Part shown: piece by piece, positions 48,617-60,200 of the stretch
Layout of the letters: each line of letters begins with the position of its first letter
How positions within the stretch are numbered: the stretch's first letter is position 1
Source of the DNA: Anaerolineae bacterium
Lineage (GTDB): Bacteria; Chloroflexota; Anaerolineae; UBA1429
Length of the DNA: 64,000 bases
Direction: 5' to 3'
Assembly (NCBI GenBank): GCA_963675785.1
Contig: OY776562.1
Coordinates: forward strand, 1,184,001 to 1,248,000
The notes under the pieces: generated by a model
The model's input: the letters and a program-made list of their open reading frames with translations, nothing else
What the model was told of the DNA's origin: nothing
The model's database searches: none
Translations under genes and position numbers: made by a program

Positions 48617-49075
48617 ATGCTCAAACTTGGGATTCCTGCCCCCCGTTTTCGCCTCTTGGATACCAGCGACCATGATGCCAGTTTGGCTGATTATCAGGGC
48701 TCCAAGAATCTGGTGCTCGTGTTTTTACGAGGATTCTCTTGACCCTATGCTCGTGCGCACCTGGAGCGGTTGCGCAATGATTATGACAAGTTTATCGAGC
48801 AGGATACGGAGATACTGGTTATTGGACCTGATAACCACCAGGCATTCAAAGAGTACTGGGCAAAGAATGATTTGCCGTTCCCTGGGCTTGCCGATCCTAA
48901 ACACCATGTGGCTCGCGCTTACCATCAGCAAGTAAAGATCCTTAGCCTTGGTCGAATGCCGGCCCTGGTAGTCGTCGACAAGTTAAGCATGGTGCGTTAC
49001 GTGCACTATGGCCAGAGTATGAAAGATATTCCGAGCAATGAGGACGTGTGGGCAGTACTTGATGGACTCGACTAG
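48617..49075 (+). CDS. AhpC/TSA peroxiredoxin-like selenoprotein (Sec at TGA 48740-48742)
   Basis: GGAGG + MLKLGIPAPRFRL...VLVFLRGFS-TGA-PYARAHL continues in frame into the Prx fold ('LADP', 'GRMPALVVVD'); hairpin 11 nt downstream. Confidence 0.85.
48754..48776 (+). promoter_or_regulatory. Putative bacterial SECIS hairpin
   Basis: TGCGCACC-tggagc-GG(T)TGCGCA starting 11 nt after the TGA. Confidence 0.65.
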
Positions 49076-49080
49076 AAAGT

Positions 49081-49426
49081 ATGCTCAGAAATCAGTGGTA
49101 TAGCATATCGAATTAGCAATTGTTTCGCCGTGACCGTGTTTTTTGCGCCAATTGACGAAGAGAATACACTGCTCTATGTTCGTTTCTGGCAGCATCTGGC
49201 CACTTGGCCTGTCATTGGCAAAGTAATGTGCGAATTGGCAAATCTATTCAACCGGATCATTGTTCGTCAGGACAAGCGCGTAGTGATCACACAACAACCC
49301 CTCAAGAGCGCGCTACGTATGGGCGAAAAACTAGTTTTGGGTGACAGCCCGATTATTGCCTATCGTCGACGGCGTGCCGCGCTCAAAGCGGCTACCAGCA
49401 ATCCAGAGGAGGCTCTTTCATCATGA
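49081..49426 (+). pseudogene. Internally deleted Rieske oxygenase (VanA-like) remnant
   Basis: N-terminus MLRNQWY joined out of frame to the C-terminal 'FAPIDEENTLLY...RQDKRVV...D.PIIAYRR'; Rieske CxH/CxxH motifs are absent. Confidence 0.7.
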
Positions 49427-49752
49427 TCTATGAACTTCGCACCTATATTATCGTCCCCGGCCGCATTCAGGATATCAAGGCGCGTTTTCGCGACCACACA
49501 ATCGGCCTCTTTGAAAAGCATGGCATGCAAGTTGTAGGTTTCTGGCAGACGGTGGAGAGCGAGGAACCGGCCGATGAGCTGGTTTATCTGCTTGCTTTTG
49601 AGGATATGAAAGCCCGCAACGCCGCTTTTGATGCTTTCCGCAATGATCCAGAATGGCAAGCTGTCTACAAAGCCAGTCGGATTAACGGCCCTTTGGTAGC
49701 ACGGGTTACCAGCAAGTTCTTGCAGCCCACTGATTTCTCTGCGTTGAAATGA
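49423..49752 (+). CDS. NIPSNAP family protein
   Basis: 'MIYELRTY', 'LFEKHGM..VGFW', 'F..DPEW', 'PTDFS'. Confidence 0.9.
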   Translation: MIYELRTYIIVPGRIQDIKARFRDHTIGLFEKHGMQVVGFWQTVESEEPADELVYLLAFEDMKARNAAFDAFRNDPEWQAVYKASRINGPLVARVTSKFLQPTDFSALK

Positions 49753-50660
49753 AAAAGGATCGAACAGAGGCAGCGGACGAACCATTCAACATTCTCACGC
49801 TCGATATCGAAGATTGGCAACAGAGCGCACCGGATACCTTTTCGCATGATGTACCCGGGCATCGTAAACCTGTACGTCCGTCTCGTCGCATTATCGGCAA
49901 CGTGCAACATCTGCTAGAGATATTGAATGCCTGCGAGGTCCATGCAACCTGCTTTATTTTGGGTTCTGTGGCCGAGGACTTTCCTGCGCTGGTGCGTGAA
50001 ATAGCCGCAGCCGGTCACGAGATCGGCACCCACGGATACGGGCATCGCCCCGTATATACGCTGGAGCGCGAGGAATTTCAAAAAGATGTTCGCCGCTCTG
50101 TACAACTTTTAGAGGATGCAGCCGGTGTACCCGTGATCGCGCATCGGGCACCTTATTTTTCTATCACGTCGCAGAATGATTGGGCCTTTGACGCACTAGC
50201 CGAGATTGGTATCCAAGTCGATGCCAGTACATTCCCACTAAAGTCTCGTTTCTACCGAGTTCCGGGATGGATCGGATGTCCTGACTGGCCGAGATACCCA
50301 CATATTCTCGAAACGGAACATGGTCCACTGCTGGAATTGCCCTCCACGACCGTTCGCCTTGCGGGGAATAACTTGCCTCTGGCGGGAGGAGCCTATCTTC
50401 GGATGGTCCCCTTGGGGTTTTTTCATGCAGCAGTACGCTCAGCAAATCGACATGGAGCACCGGCGGTCTTTTACCTGCATCCGCACGATCTCGATACAGA
50501 TGAGTTGCACATACCGATGCCTGGCGAAACCATTCGCGATGCGATGCTTCGCAGGTTCTTGAGATTAGGGCGAGGTCGCAACCCTAAACGTCTCACCAAG
50601 CTGCTTCGAGCGCACAAGTTTGGCCCGATTGCGGAATGGCATAAGCAAAGCAACATGTAA
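49749..50660 (+). CDS. Polysaccharide deacetylase (DUF3473-associated type)
   Basis: 'TLDIEDW', 'ATCFILG', 'GHEIGTHGYGH', 'RAP.FS', 'GGAYLR', 'YLHP'. Confidence 0.88.
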   Translation: MKKDRTEAADEPFNILTLDIEDWQQSAPDTFSHDVPGHRKPVRPSRRIIGNVQHLLEILNACEVHATCFILGSVAEDFPALVREIAAAGHEIGTHGYGHRPVYTLEREEFQKDVRRSVQLLEDAAGVPVIAHRAPYFSITSQNDWAFDALAEIGIQVDASTFPLKSRFYRVPGWIGCPDWPRYPHILETEHGPLLELPSTTVRLAGNNLPLAGGAYLRMVPLGFFHAAVRSANRHGAPAVFYLHPHDLDTDELHIPMPGETIRDAMLRRFLRLGRGRNPKRLTKLLRAHKFGPIAEWHKQSNM

Positions 50661-50695
50661 AAAGAGGGGACGCATTAGCGTCCCCTCTTTTGTTT
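50659..50695. terminator. Bidirectional terminator
   Basis: AAAAGAGGGGACGC-atta-GCGTCCCCTCTTTT. Confidence 0.88.
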
Positions 50696-52018
50696 CTATG
50701 AAGCGTCCCCCGCAATTGATTTGCTGTAGAGTTCTAGTAATCGCTCTTTGCTTATCCACATTGGGCGAACACCAAACGCTTTAGGCGGTCTATCTATGGC
50801 ACTCGCCGGGTTGAAGGCCTTGCGCAAAAGCCATGTCCAGATACGGCGTACCCATACGGCAGCTCGGTCATACAGGCTGCGGGCCTTTAGTGGTGGCAAC
50901 ACTTCCAGCCCAAGCCTATCGAGCAAGCGAATAGTTGCTTTTGAAAACGGCAATGCACTGATATTGCCAACCGCTCGGATTGATTCGAAAGCAGGTGATT
51001 GGCTTACGTAATTGGCAAGTAGATGCATAGAATATTCCAGCATACACCGCATCTTTCTCGCCCAGACCAGGTCAGCCCCATCGCTGGGCATGGAAGGTAC
51101 GTGATCGCTCCAGAGATGCAGCAGCAAAACCTTTTCTCCCTTTTTCAGCTTGACGCCGTCATTCAGCGTAAAATCTGCAGGGCATTCACCCCTCTCAAGT
51201 CGGAATATACACTGCGGATCATCCGTGAACTCGTAGATGCCAAGTTTGCGCCGCTGTCGCCGATCAAAGGAGCGGACGAGTCGGCCAAGTGATCCTGTTT
51301 TGTCTGCCTCTTTTTCCTTGTCCCAGGCTCGGCGTTCTCGTCGAATGCGCCGTACCATCTTGAGAAAACGGCGCGTATCACGGACGGGTTTGAACCCACT
51401 TTTCCGTTCGGGCAGATAGATGGTTTTGACAGGAACCCAGGCAATGGGTAAATCATGTTTGACAGCCTGCCAGATCATCTCAACTTCCATCTCGAAACCA
51501 TCTGTTTCCAATGAAATCGTTTCGATGCAGTGGCGAGTCAATAAACGGTAACCGCATTGATTATCGGTCACTTTGATGCCGAGAGCGCGAGAAAGCAGCC
51601 AGGCGCCTGTTGGCGTCGTAATCCAACGCGGAAACGGCATGTGCTCAAATGTGCGCTGGCCGATGATCATCTCGCCCACACCCGCAGCATACGCCTCACA
51701 GAACAGGGGTATCTCGTCGGGATCGTGCTGTCCATCAGCATCGAGAGCAAGTACGGCGTCGTAACCCATAGCCAAAGCCTGACTATAGCCGGTTTTGAGC
51801 GCCTTTCCTTTGCCCTGATTGGCAACATGCGAGATAACTGTCGCTCCTGCCGCGGCAGCCAATTTGGCTGTATCATCGGTTGATCCATCATCAACGACCA
51901 GCACAGGCAGATATTGAGAAATGTGTGTCACAACTGCGCTGATGGTCGCAGACTCATTCCATGCAGGAACAAGCGCTATGATTTTTTGCCAAGCTTCTGA
52001 CGGGGTGTTTTGAGTCAT
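50696..52018 (-). CDS. GT2 (DPM1-like) glycosyltransferase fused to a YkoP-like domain
   Basis: 'VDDGSTD', 'LDADGQH', 'DNQCGYR'; C-terminal 'CIFRL...L.DG...GE.VL.LHLW'. Confidence 0.85.
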   Translation of the reverse strand: MTQNTPSEAWQKIIALVPAWNESATISAVVTHISQYLPVLVVDDGSTDDTAKLAAAAGATVISHVANQGKGKALKTGYSQALAMGYDAVLALDADGQHDPDEIPLFCEAYAAGVGEMIIGQRTFEHMPFPRWITTPTGAWLLSRALGIKVTDNQCGYRLLTRHCIETISLETDGFEMEVEMIWQAVKHDLPIAWVPVKTIYLPERKSGFKPVRDTRRFLKMVRRIRRERRAWDKEKEADKTGSLGRLVRSFDRRQRRKLGIYEFTDDPQCIFRLERGECPADFTLNDGVKLKKGEKVLLLHLWSDHVPSMPSDGADLVWARKMRCMLEYSMHLLANYVSQSPAFESIRAVGNISALPFSKATIRLLDRLGLEVLPPLKARSLYDRAAVWVRRIWTWLLRKAFNPASAIDRPPKAFGVRPMWISKERLLELYSKSIAGDAS

Positions 52019-52032
52019 CTTTGCACCTCTAT

Positions 52033-52734
52033 CTATGCATCAAGTGTGCCATCCATGAGACTCCGTGCACGTTTGACTGCTCCAAAGAAGCGGAACGAAT
52101 CCCAAATCGGATCAAAATAACTGGTCTTGTCGATACCATAGATGGTTTTGACAGGAACCCACTCGATAGGGATCTGCCTGGCGACTGCTTGGGCGATCAC
52201 TTCGACTTCGAATTCAAAACCGGCTGTAGTCATATGCATACGTGCCAAAAAGCTGTCAGGATACAAACGAAATCCACACTGATTATCGTGGATACGCGTT
52301 TTTAGGGCAATGGAAACCATCTCTGAACCGATCGCATTTGCGATTCGACGCGTCAAGGGCATCTGCCGTCGGTTGCGACGGCCAATAATGAGGGCATCAG
52401 GTTTCTGATCGAAAACTGCCAAAAAAGCGGGAATATCAGCCGGATCATGTTGACCATCGGCATCAAGTGTTACAACAGCTTTGTAGCCATTACGTCGAGC
52501 CCAGTAAAAACCTGTTTTGAGTGCCGTTCCTTTGCCGCAATTGGCCACATGTTTGATTACAGTAGCTCCAGATTGCAGCGCTACATCGCCAGTTCCGTCA
52601 GATGAACCATCATCAACCACAGCGACAGGTAAAAAAGCGGAGGCGGTTTGAATAACGGGGCTTATTCTTGATGCCTCATTATAGGCAGGTATAAGGGCCA
52701 CAATATCACTTCTCACAATACTAAACTCCCTCAT
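52033..52734 (-). CDS. GT2 (DPM1-like) glycosyltransferase
   Basis: 'IPAYNE', 'VDDGSSD', 'LDADGQH', 'DNQCGFR', 'FEFEVE'. Confidence 0.9.
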   Translation of the reverse strand: MREFSIVRSDIVALIPAYNEASRISPVIQTASAFLPVAVVDDGSSDGTGDVALQSGATVIKHVANCGKGTALKTGFYWARRNGYKAVVTLDADGQHDPADIPAFLAVFDQKPDALIIGRRNRRQMPLTRRIANAIGSEMVSIALKTRIHDNQCGFRLYPDSFLARMHMTTAGFEFEVEVIAQAVARQIPIEWVPVKTIYGIDKTSYFDPIWDSFRFFGAVKRARSLMDGTLDA

Positions 52735-52839
52735 ATATCATCAAGTCTGCGCACTATCATAACACATCTGGCGCCCGTTCGAAATGGCCTCTTTCGATTT
52801 GACCTTTGAAGCCTGAGCGCATAGTCTACATACTCAAAT

Positions 52840-54144
52840 ATGGAGCTGCAGACCATGCAAATGAAAAATCACATTCCCGGATTGACGCTTACCGATCACG
52901 TTTTTGAGCTGCCACTTGACTACAGCCATCCCTCTAGCGCGGCCATCAAGGTCTTTGCACGGGAGTGCGTCGACCCTGAAAAAGCAGATCATGATCTGCC
53001 CTGGTTGCTTTTTTTGCAAGGAGGCCCGGGCTTTGGTTCTCCCCGCCCCACTGGGCGTAACGGCTGGCTCAAGCGCGCCTTGCAGGAATACCGTGTGCTA
53101 CTGCTGGACCAGCGTGGTACTGGTAACAGTACGCCTGTTCATGCCCGTACGTTGCGGGGAATGTCACCAAAAGTTCAGGCCGAGTATTTGGCACACATGC
53201 GTGCTGACAATATCGTTCGTGACGCTGAAGCCATTCGAAAACAACTAGCCGGAGACAAACCTTGGGCGGTGCTGGGACAAAGTTTTGGGGGCTTTTGCGC
53301 TCTACGGTATCTCTCAGCTGCTCCAGATGGCCTTTCTGCCTGTTATTTCACTGGCGGTTTGCCCTCTATCTGGCGAAACATCGATGATGTTTACGAAAAG
53401 ACCTATGCCACCTGCCTGAAAAAGAATCAAGCCTACTATGATCGATATCCTCAGGATGTAGAAATCGTGCACGACATTGTCAATTATCTGACCAAGCACG
53501 AGGTTTATCTTCCTGAGGGGGATCCGCTGACGGTGCGTCGTTTTCAACAGATGGGTATGGGATTCGGTGCTACCGATGGCTATGAGAACACACATTATGC
53601 TCTGGAGGGAGCTTTTGTCCAGGGGCCAGCCGGATTAGAACTAGGCTATGGTTTCTTGGCGGATTGCAGTGACGCGTCGCGATTCGATACCAATCCCATC
53701 TATGCCGTCTTGCATGAAGCTATCTATTGCCAGGGATTCGCATCCAATTGGTCAGCACAACGCATCCGTGAATGCCACCCCGAATTCGACGACATTTCGG
53801 GAGAGCGCGTGCTTTTCACTGGCGAGATGATCTACCCATGGATGTTCGATGACATGGCCGAACTCACACCTCTCAAACAGGTCGCAGAGATATTGGCTGC
53901 TAAAGAGGACTGGCCCACCTTGTACGATGCTGATGCACTGGCACAAAATGTAGTGCCCTGTGCTGCCGCCGTCTATTTCAACGATCTCTATGTTCCGGTC
54001 GAATTCTCTCTGGAGACGGCTGCCGCTGTACCGAATCTGCGCCCCTGGGTAACCAGTGAATATGAGCACAATGCCTTGCGCGCCGATGGCGAACATGTAC
54101 TGGATCGCCTTATTGGTATGACGCGTGGACAGGTATACTGCTAA
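52840..54144 (+). CDS. pip: Proline iminopeptidase (alpha/beta hydrolase, S33)
   Basis: 'QGGPG', 'LDQRGTG', 'RADNIVRD', 'GQSFGG', 'EHNAL'. Confidence 0.88.
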   Translation: MELQTMQMKNHIPGLTLTDHVFELPLDYSHPSSAAIKVFARECVDPEKADHDLPWLLFLQGGPGFGSPRPTGRNGWLKRALQEYRVLLLDQRGTGNSTPVHARTLRGMSPKVQAEYLAHMRADNIVRDAEAIRKQLAGDKPWAVLGQSFGGFCALRYLSAAPDGLSACYFTGGLPSIWRNIDDVYEKTYATCLKKNQAYYDRYPQDVEIVHDIVNYLTKHEVYLPEGDPLTVRRFQQMGMGFGATDGYENTHYALEGAFVQGPAGLELGYGFLADCSDASRFDTNPIYAVLHEAIYCQGFASNWSAQRIRECHPEFDDISGERVLFTGEMIYPWMFDDMAELTPLKQVAEILAAKEDWPTLYDADALAQNVVPCAAAVYFNDLYVPVEFSLETAAAVPNLRPWVTSEYEHNALRADGEHVLDRLIGMTRGQVYC

Positions 54145-54155
54145 CTTTTCCTATT

Positions 54156-54193
54156 AAAACACTCCCGAATCTTGAATTCGGGAGTGTTTTTTT
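54156..54193. terminator. Bidirectional terminator
   Basis: AAAACACTCCCGAAT-loop-ATTCGGGAGTGTTTT. Confidence 0.85.
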
Positions 54194-54221
54194 GTACGCG
54201 TGTGCCGAGAAAAGCTCGTAT

Positions 54222-57200
54222 TTATTCTGCGACGTCAGTTATGGTGATGGTCCACGTATGGGTTGTGCTTAACTCACCGGTGTCAGTAGATTGCACCGTC
54301 AGGCTATAGCTTGGCGTAGTTTCAAAGTCCAATGCGGCGTTTACGCGCAGCTCATTCCCGACGATAGTAAAGGCAGCTTGGGCCGCAGCGGTACCCGTGA
54401 TGGTATAGATGTGCGTATCTCCCGCATCCTGGTCTGTTGTGCTGAGTGTGCCCACTACTGTTCCAATGGCGGCATCTTCAGCGATTGACGTGTTTGTCAG
54501 CGCAATGGCAGTGGGTGCCTCATTGACATTCGTTACTGTAATGGTCCAAGTCTCTGTCGTACTCTGGCTAGGGGTACCATTATCTGTGGAACGTATGGTG
54601 ATGCTGTAACTGGGTGTTGTCTCAAAGTCCAATGCGGCGTTTACGCGCAGCTCATTCCCGACGATGGTAAATGCAGCTTGAGCGGCAGCACCGGCCGTGA
54701 TGGTATAGGTGTGCGCATCTCCCGCATCCTGATCCGTTGTGCTGAGCGTCCCTACTACTGTTCCAACTGTTGCATTCTCTGCCACAGTAGTGGCACTCAG
54801 CGCAATGGCCGTGGGAGCGTCGTTGGCGTCCGTTACAGTAATAGTCCAAGTATGGGTTGTGGTCAGACCACCACTGTCGGTAGATCTCACTGTCAAACTA
54901 TAGCTCGGTGTGGTTTCGTAATCCAGCGCAGCAGCCACACGCAGTTCGTTCCCGACTATGGTAAAAGCCGCCTGGGCCGCGGCGCTAGCTGTGATGGTAT
55001 AGGTGTGCGTATCATTCGTATCAGGATCGGTTGTGCTAAGCGTGCCCACTACCGTCCCCACCGTTGCACTTTCGGCTACAGTTGTAGCGCTCAGGGCGAT
55101 AGCCGTGGGTGCTTCGTTCACATTGGTGATAGTAACCTGCAGGGCCTGCTCAAACGTATTGCTAGCCGAATCCGTCACACGTACGCGAATGCTGTAGGAG
55201 CTTTTAACCTCATAGTTAAAGGAGGCAGCGGTCAGAAGGTTACTGCCGCTAATCTGGAAACTGGCGTTATTCGTATCACCTGTTCCAGCAACCAGAGCAT
55301 AGGTGAAAGTCTCATCATCGATGTCATCTGCCGAAAGTGCTCCTACGATAGTATCAGAAGGCTGATTTTCTGCAACCGAAGAAGGATCCAAGTTAATCGC
55401 AGTAGGTGCATCATTGGTATCTGTTACCTGAATCGTAAAGGCTCGCTCGTAGAAATCTCCATCACTGTCAACGACGCGCACACGGATGCTGCGAGTTGCT
55501 CCGGCCTCATAGTCGAGGATAGCGGCGGTTTTTAATTGATTCCCGCTTGCCACCTGGAACTCGGCATTATCATCATCGCCGGTGCCAGAAACCAACGAGA
55601 AAGTGAATGTCTCCCCAGCATCTTGGTCAGTAGCAGATAACGTACCAACAAGCGTGCCGCTCGGTTCGTTTTCAGCAATGCTGGAATTGGAAAGAGCAAT
55701 CGCTGTTGGCGGATCGTTTTGATCGAGTGCGGTGATGGTAAAGGCTTGTTCAACCGTGCCGCCATCTGCGTCTGAGCCACGAACGCGGATGCTAAAGCTG
55801 GATTGGGCTTCATAGTTGATGGCAACTGCTGTCTCGAGACTATCGCCGTCGATGGAGAACTTGGCATTATCGCCAGACCCTGTACCGCTTACCAACACAA
55901 AGCTGTATGGCGTAGGACCATCCACATCGGTCAGGTCAAGAGTTCCTACGGCTGTACCAATCGCCACATTTTCGTTGATTGTACTGCTCGACAGAGTCAC
56001 CGCGGTTGGATAGTCATTGATGTCAACCACCGTGATGACAAAGTTTCGCTCGAACGTCCCACCATCCAGGTCATCTACCGCAACGTGAATGTTGTAGGAA
56101 GATTTGGTCTCATAGTCAAAGACTGCGGCCGTACGTAGGATGTTTCCATCAATCGTGAATTTGTTGTTATCAGCATCACCATCTCCAGGAGTGCTTTCCA
56201 GGGAGTATGTGAAGGTGTCGCTATCTACGTCAGTTGCCAAGAAGGAGCCAACGGGGGAACCGATGGGCATGTTTTCATCTACATCAGTAGACGACAAATC
56301 CAAAGCAGTAGGTGCATCGTTAACCGGCGTTACGGTGATGGACACACGAGCAATCGCGCTAGCACCGAGGGCATCTACAACACGATAGTAGAATCTATCA
56401 CTCGTTGTCTCACTGCCATCGTGCACATAGGTAAACGTACCATTGGCGTAGAGTGTAAGATCACCGTGCAGCGTATCAGTCACAGGTGTCGTCACAACAG
56501 TCAGGGCATCGCCTTCACTGTCATAGTCGTTAGCCAATACACCTTCCGATGTCTTGGTGATACTCAAAGTCTCGCCTTCATCAACTGTATAGCTGTCGGC
56601 AACAGCATCAGGTGGATCGTTAACGGCAATCGTAGCCGAATCCAAATTGTTCGTTAGGTCGGTGTCTCGGAAGTCACTCGACAGCGATCCAATTGCGAAT
56701 TCGAGATCAGTGCCACCTGTTCCTTCATCGGGAGAGGCCTTAATTTCTATTTCAACGCTTTGACCAACTAGCAGAGTTCCAAGCTCCCAAACATCATCAG
56801 CAAATGTTCCTTGATCTGCGACATAATCGCTTATTGTCAATCCATCAGGCACGTCTAGTTCTGCGATAGCATTTGGCGCGTCACCAGGCCCGAGGTTATT
56901 GACTGTCAAGGTAAAGACGACATCTTCGTCTTCATTCACTCGAGTAGCAGAAGCGTTGATTCTACCGCGAAGGTCAGCTTGACCATCAATCGCTGTTTCG
57001 ATGGTCAGTATTTCATTGGGAGGCAGACTGTCGATTACTGCACTAGATACAGTTGCAGTAATCGGCATAGTCACTGTCACTGTCTGCGAAGTCGCGAGAT
57101 CGCCTGTCACATAAACTGTTACAGACTGCCCTGCAGCGAGATCAAAGTCTTGGTCGAATGCGTAGGTAGTGCCAGTATAGACTGTGCTGCCTACCACATA

Positions 57201-60200
57201 TTCCCAACTTGCATCCAAAAGGCAGGTTGGGATGTTGAACTTGAGTTCAGTGCCACTAGCAATGCTAGGCCCGACATTACCCAGTATTACTTCATACCCC
57301 GCTGAAAGACCAGGTACAAATGGATCGGGTATGGCTGTGGCTTCCACCGAAACATCCACACGAGGGACTATGCCAGAGTAAAGATATCGATCAACGTAAA
57401 AGGCTACCACTGTGCCTTCACCACTCAAGGCAAGATCGTGCACATTTAAACTACTCTTGTAGATATTTGTCAGAACGTTTCCGGCTGTATCATAGACATA
57501 GAGATTGTTATCATTCTCGATAAAAGCAACGCGTAACCCATCGGCACAAATCCGAACCTCAGAGTATTCGCTACCCCCAGTCGCTTCGATCACACTTAGG
57601 GAATACTGGCTACCCTGCCAAGAGGCTAACACTATAGAATTTCCCGAAAGGAAAGCCAGATGTTCTCCAGAGGCATCGATTTGCACACCATGGACTGCAA
57701 TAGAAGAATCCGGCGTAGTGATATTGGTTACCTGAGTCCATGTTCCACTGGCAATATCGCATACAAATATCTCGGCGCTGTGGTCTGCATTGCCCACGGA
57801 TGTATCCCAGTTTCCGGTAGATACAACGGCCAGTTTTTGACCATCGCTACTCAAAACAGGGCCATCGTTGACCACGCCTGCAACACTGGTGCTCAAGCGC
57901 CTGATCTCACCAGTAGTGGTGTCGAGCAAAAAGACATCTTGCACACCCTCGGCAACTTTTTGCCCTTCCACAAGTTGACGATCCGACAAGAACGCAACCA
58001 GCGTACCATCCTCGTTGAGGCTTGGCTGCATATTGACGCCGCCAGTTGTATGTGTCCGTTGGGTAAGTATGCCGGCGCTCCAGGTAAATATCTCAAAGTT
58101 AGCATCGGCGTTCTCTCCAACAAGGTCCCGGTCAGAGAAGAAAGCCAGAGAACTTCCATCGGCACTTTCGACAGGAGATAGGTTGAACCCTCCCAAAACG
58201 CTGCCGGCAGATTCAGATACCTGACTGAGTGTCCAACTTGTGCCCGACTTTTTGGCGCTATAGACTTCGATACTGCCATCACTATTCCGGTTGGTGGGGT
58301 TGATGGTAGACCAAAATGCCAATTTGGTTCCATCATAGTTCAGCGACGTATTAGCCCCTACACCCCAATACGCTGCCACGTAGGAGGTAGTCATTGCGTA
58401 AGGCGTTCCTACTGTTACAGTGATGACATCCCCTACGGAATTGATCGAAATATCCGAGTTCTCAACCAATATGCTCTCAACAGCAAGGTTCAAGTTTTGC
58501 TGCTCTACCCACAATGGTGCTGCGGCAACTTGTGCAACATTTTGGCTTTGTGTTGCCAATGATACAGTTGACTCGGCGCTCTGTATAGATGAAGCTAGGT
58601 CAATATTTTCTGTGGATTCGCCCTGGCCATTAACTACAAGGGGAATATCTACTGTCAGACCGTCATTAACTGAACTTCCGAAAGAGATAGTGTAAAAAGT
58701 GCTGACTTCACGGACCACTGGTGTGGCCTCGCTTTGAACAGTCAGCGTCACCACATAAACACCGTTTTCAGTGTAGGTATGCTCGACAGTTTGACCCTGA
58801 TCAGTGGAACCATCACCAAAGTCCCAAATGAAGCTCAAAACACCTGTGCCGTGTCCCACACTACCTTCGAAACTAATCGCAGTACCCACTGAGAATTCGG
58901 TTTGCTCAATAGTTATAGAGGGATCCTCAGGCCAAACTTCAGTGACACCTCTGACCCGGAACGAGGGGCTTGTTCCAGAGACACTTGAACGATTCGTGCC
59001 TTCCGAGTTATCACTAACGACTGTAACACGAAACAGCGCTTGATCACTGATTGCCTCATCAGCAACCGCATCCCAGAGGAATGTGCCCTCTTGTCCAAGA
59101 CGACTCGTGGTGGTGATTGGCTCAGGTGATGAGGTCGCAGGTGTAGCTATCTGCCAAGTTCCACCATCATCTAGTGAAAACTCAAAGGTAGTCGAAAGAA
59201 TTAGGTCGCCTACCGCATCGCTTTCTAAATCAGGACGGCGCGAACCATCAGGATCGTAAACGGTATAATGAATAGTCACTTCAGGGTCATCTGGACCAGA
59301 AAGAACCTCAGACGATGTCATTCCATATGCACTATCTGTCGTGCCAGGTTTTTCTACTGCGACATAGGTCGAGTTATTGGGCAAAGTCATGCCAGCCTCG
59401 TAGCCGGTGGCCATATGTGCAGGCACGATATAATTGTTCTCATAATAGCCCGAGTTTCCATCTGATGCAGAGACAGCCAAGTCAAGATCGCCGTCTTCAT
59501 CCACATCACCCCAGGCTAGATCAGTTGTTCCATAAGCAGGTGAAGTCCATGCCCAATGCAAACGTGGTTCACTGTCGGCCTGAGTGCCATTGTTGAGATA
59601 TACCTGATCTCCCTCTCCAGAGTTGCCTACGGCGAGATCGGGGTAACTATCATTGTTACAATCTCCCCAAGCTATAGAAACTGTATTAGCAGTATCCTCC
59701 GAAACCCAAGAAGGGGCTGCCTCTAGTTCTCCGTCTATATTGAGATAGATGGTGTTGGCTTGCCCATAATTGCCAAAGGAAAGGTCCATATCACCATCAG
59801 CATCTACATCAATCCAAGCTACAGAAGTCGTACTAGAGATAAACGTCGAACTCCAAATAAGGGTCATGCCAGTACCGTCATTGCGATAGACACGGTTGGG
59901 TTGATTGTAGTTGGCGACGGCTAGATCCAGATCGAGGTCGCCATCTATATCCGCCCAAGCTAGAGCTCTACTGTCATCAGTCTCTTCTGAAGTCCAGAAG
60001 GCTGAATCCTGTAACATCCCCTCATCGTTGAGATAGACGGCATTGGCTCCCTTGTTGGCGACTGACAAGTCCAACCAGCCGTCCATATCGAAATCGACCC
60101 AAGCACAGCTTTTGGAGGCAGAACCAGCTGATGACATCTCCCAATCTGGTAAACTATCGAGCTCCCTGATATAGACTTGTACGCCAGAACGGGTACCCAA

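Noticed and set aside
48461-49075. Pseudogene or two separate ORFs
   Set aside because: The TGA sits at the catalytic position with a SECIS-like hairpin, so Sec read-through is the better explanation.
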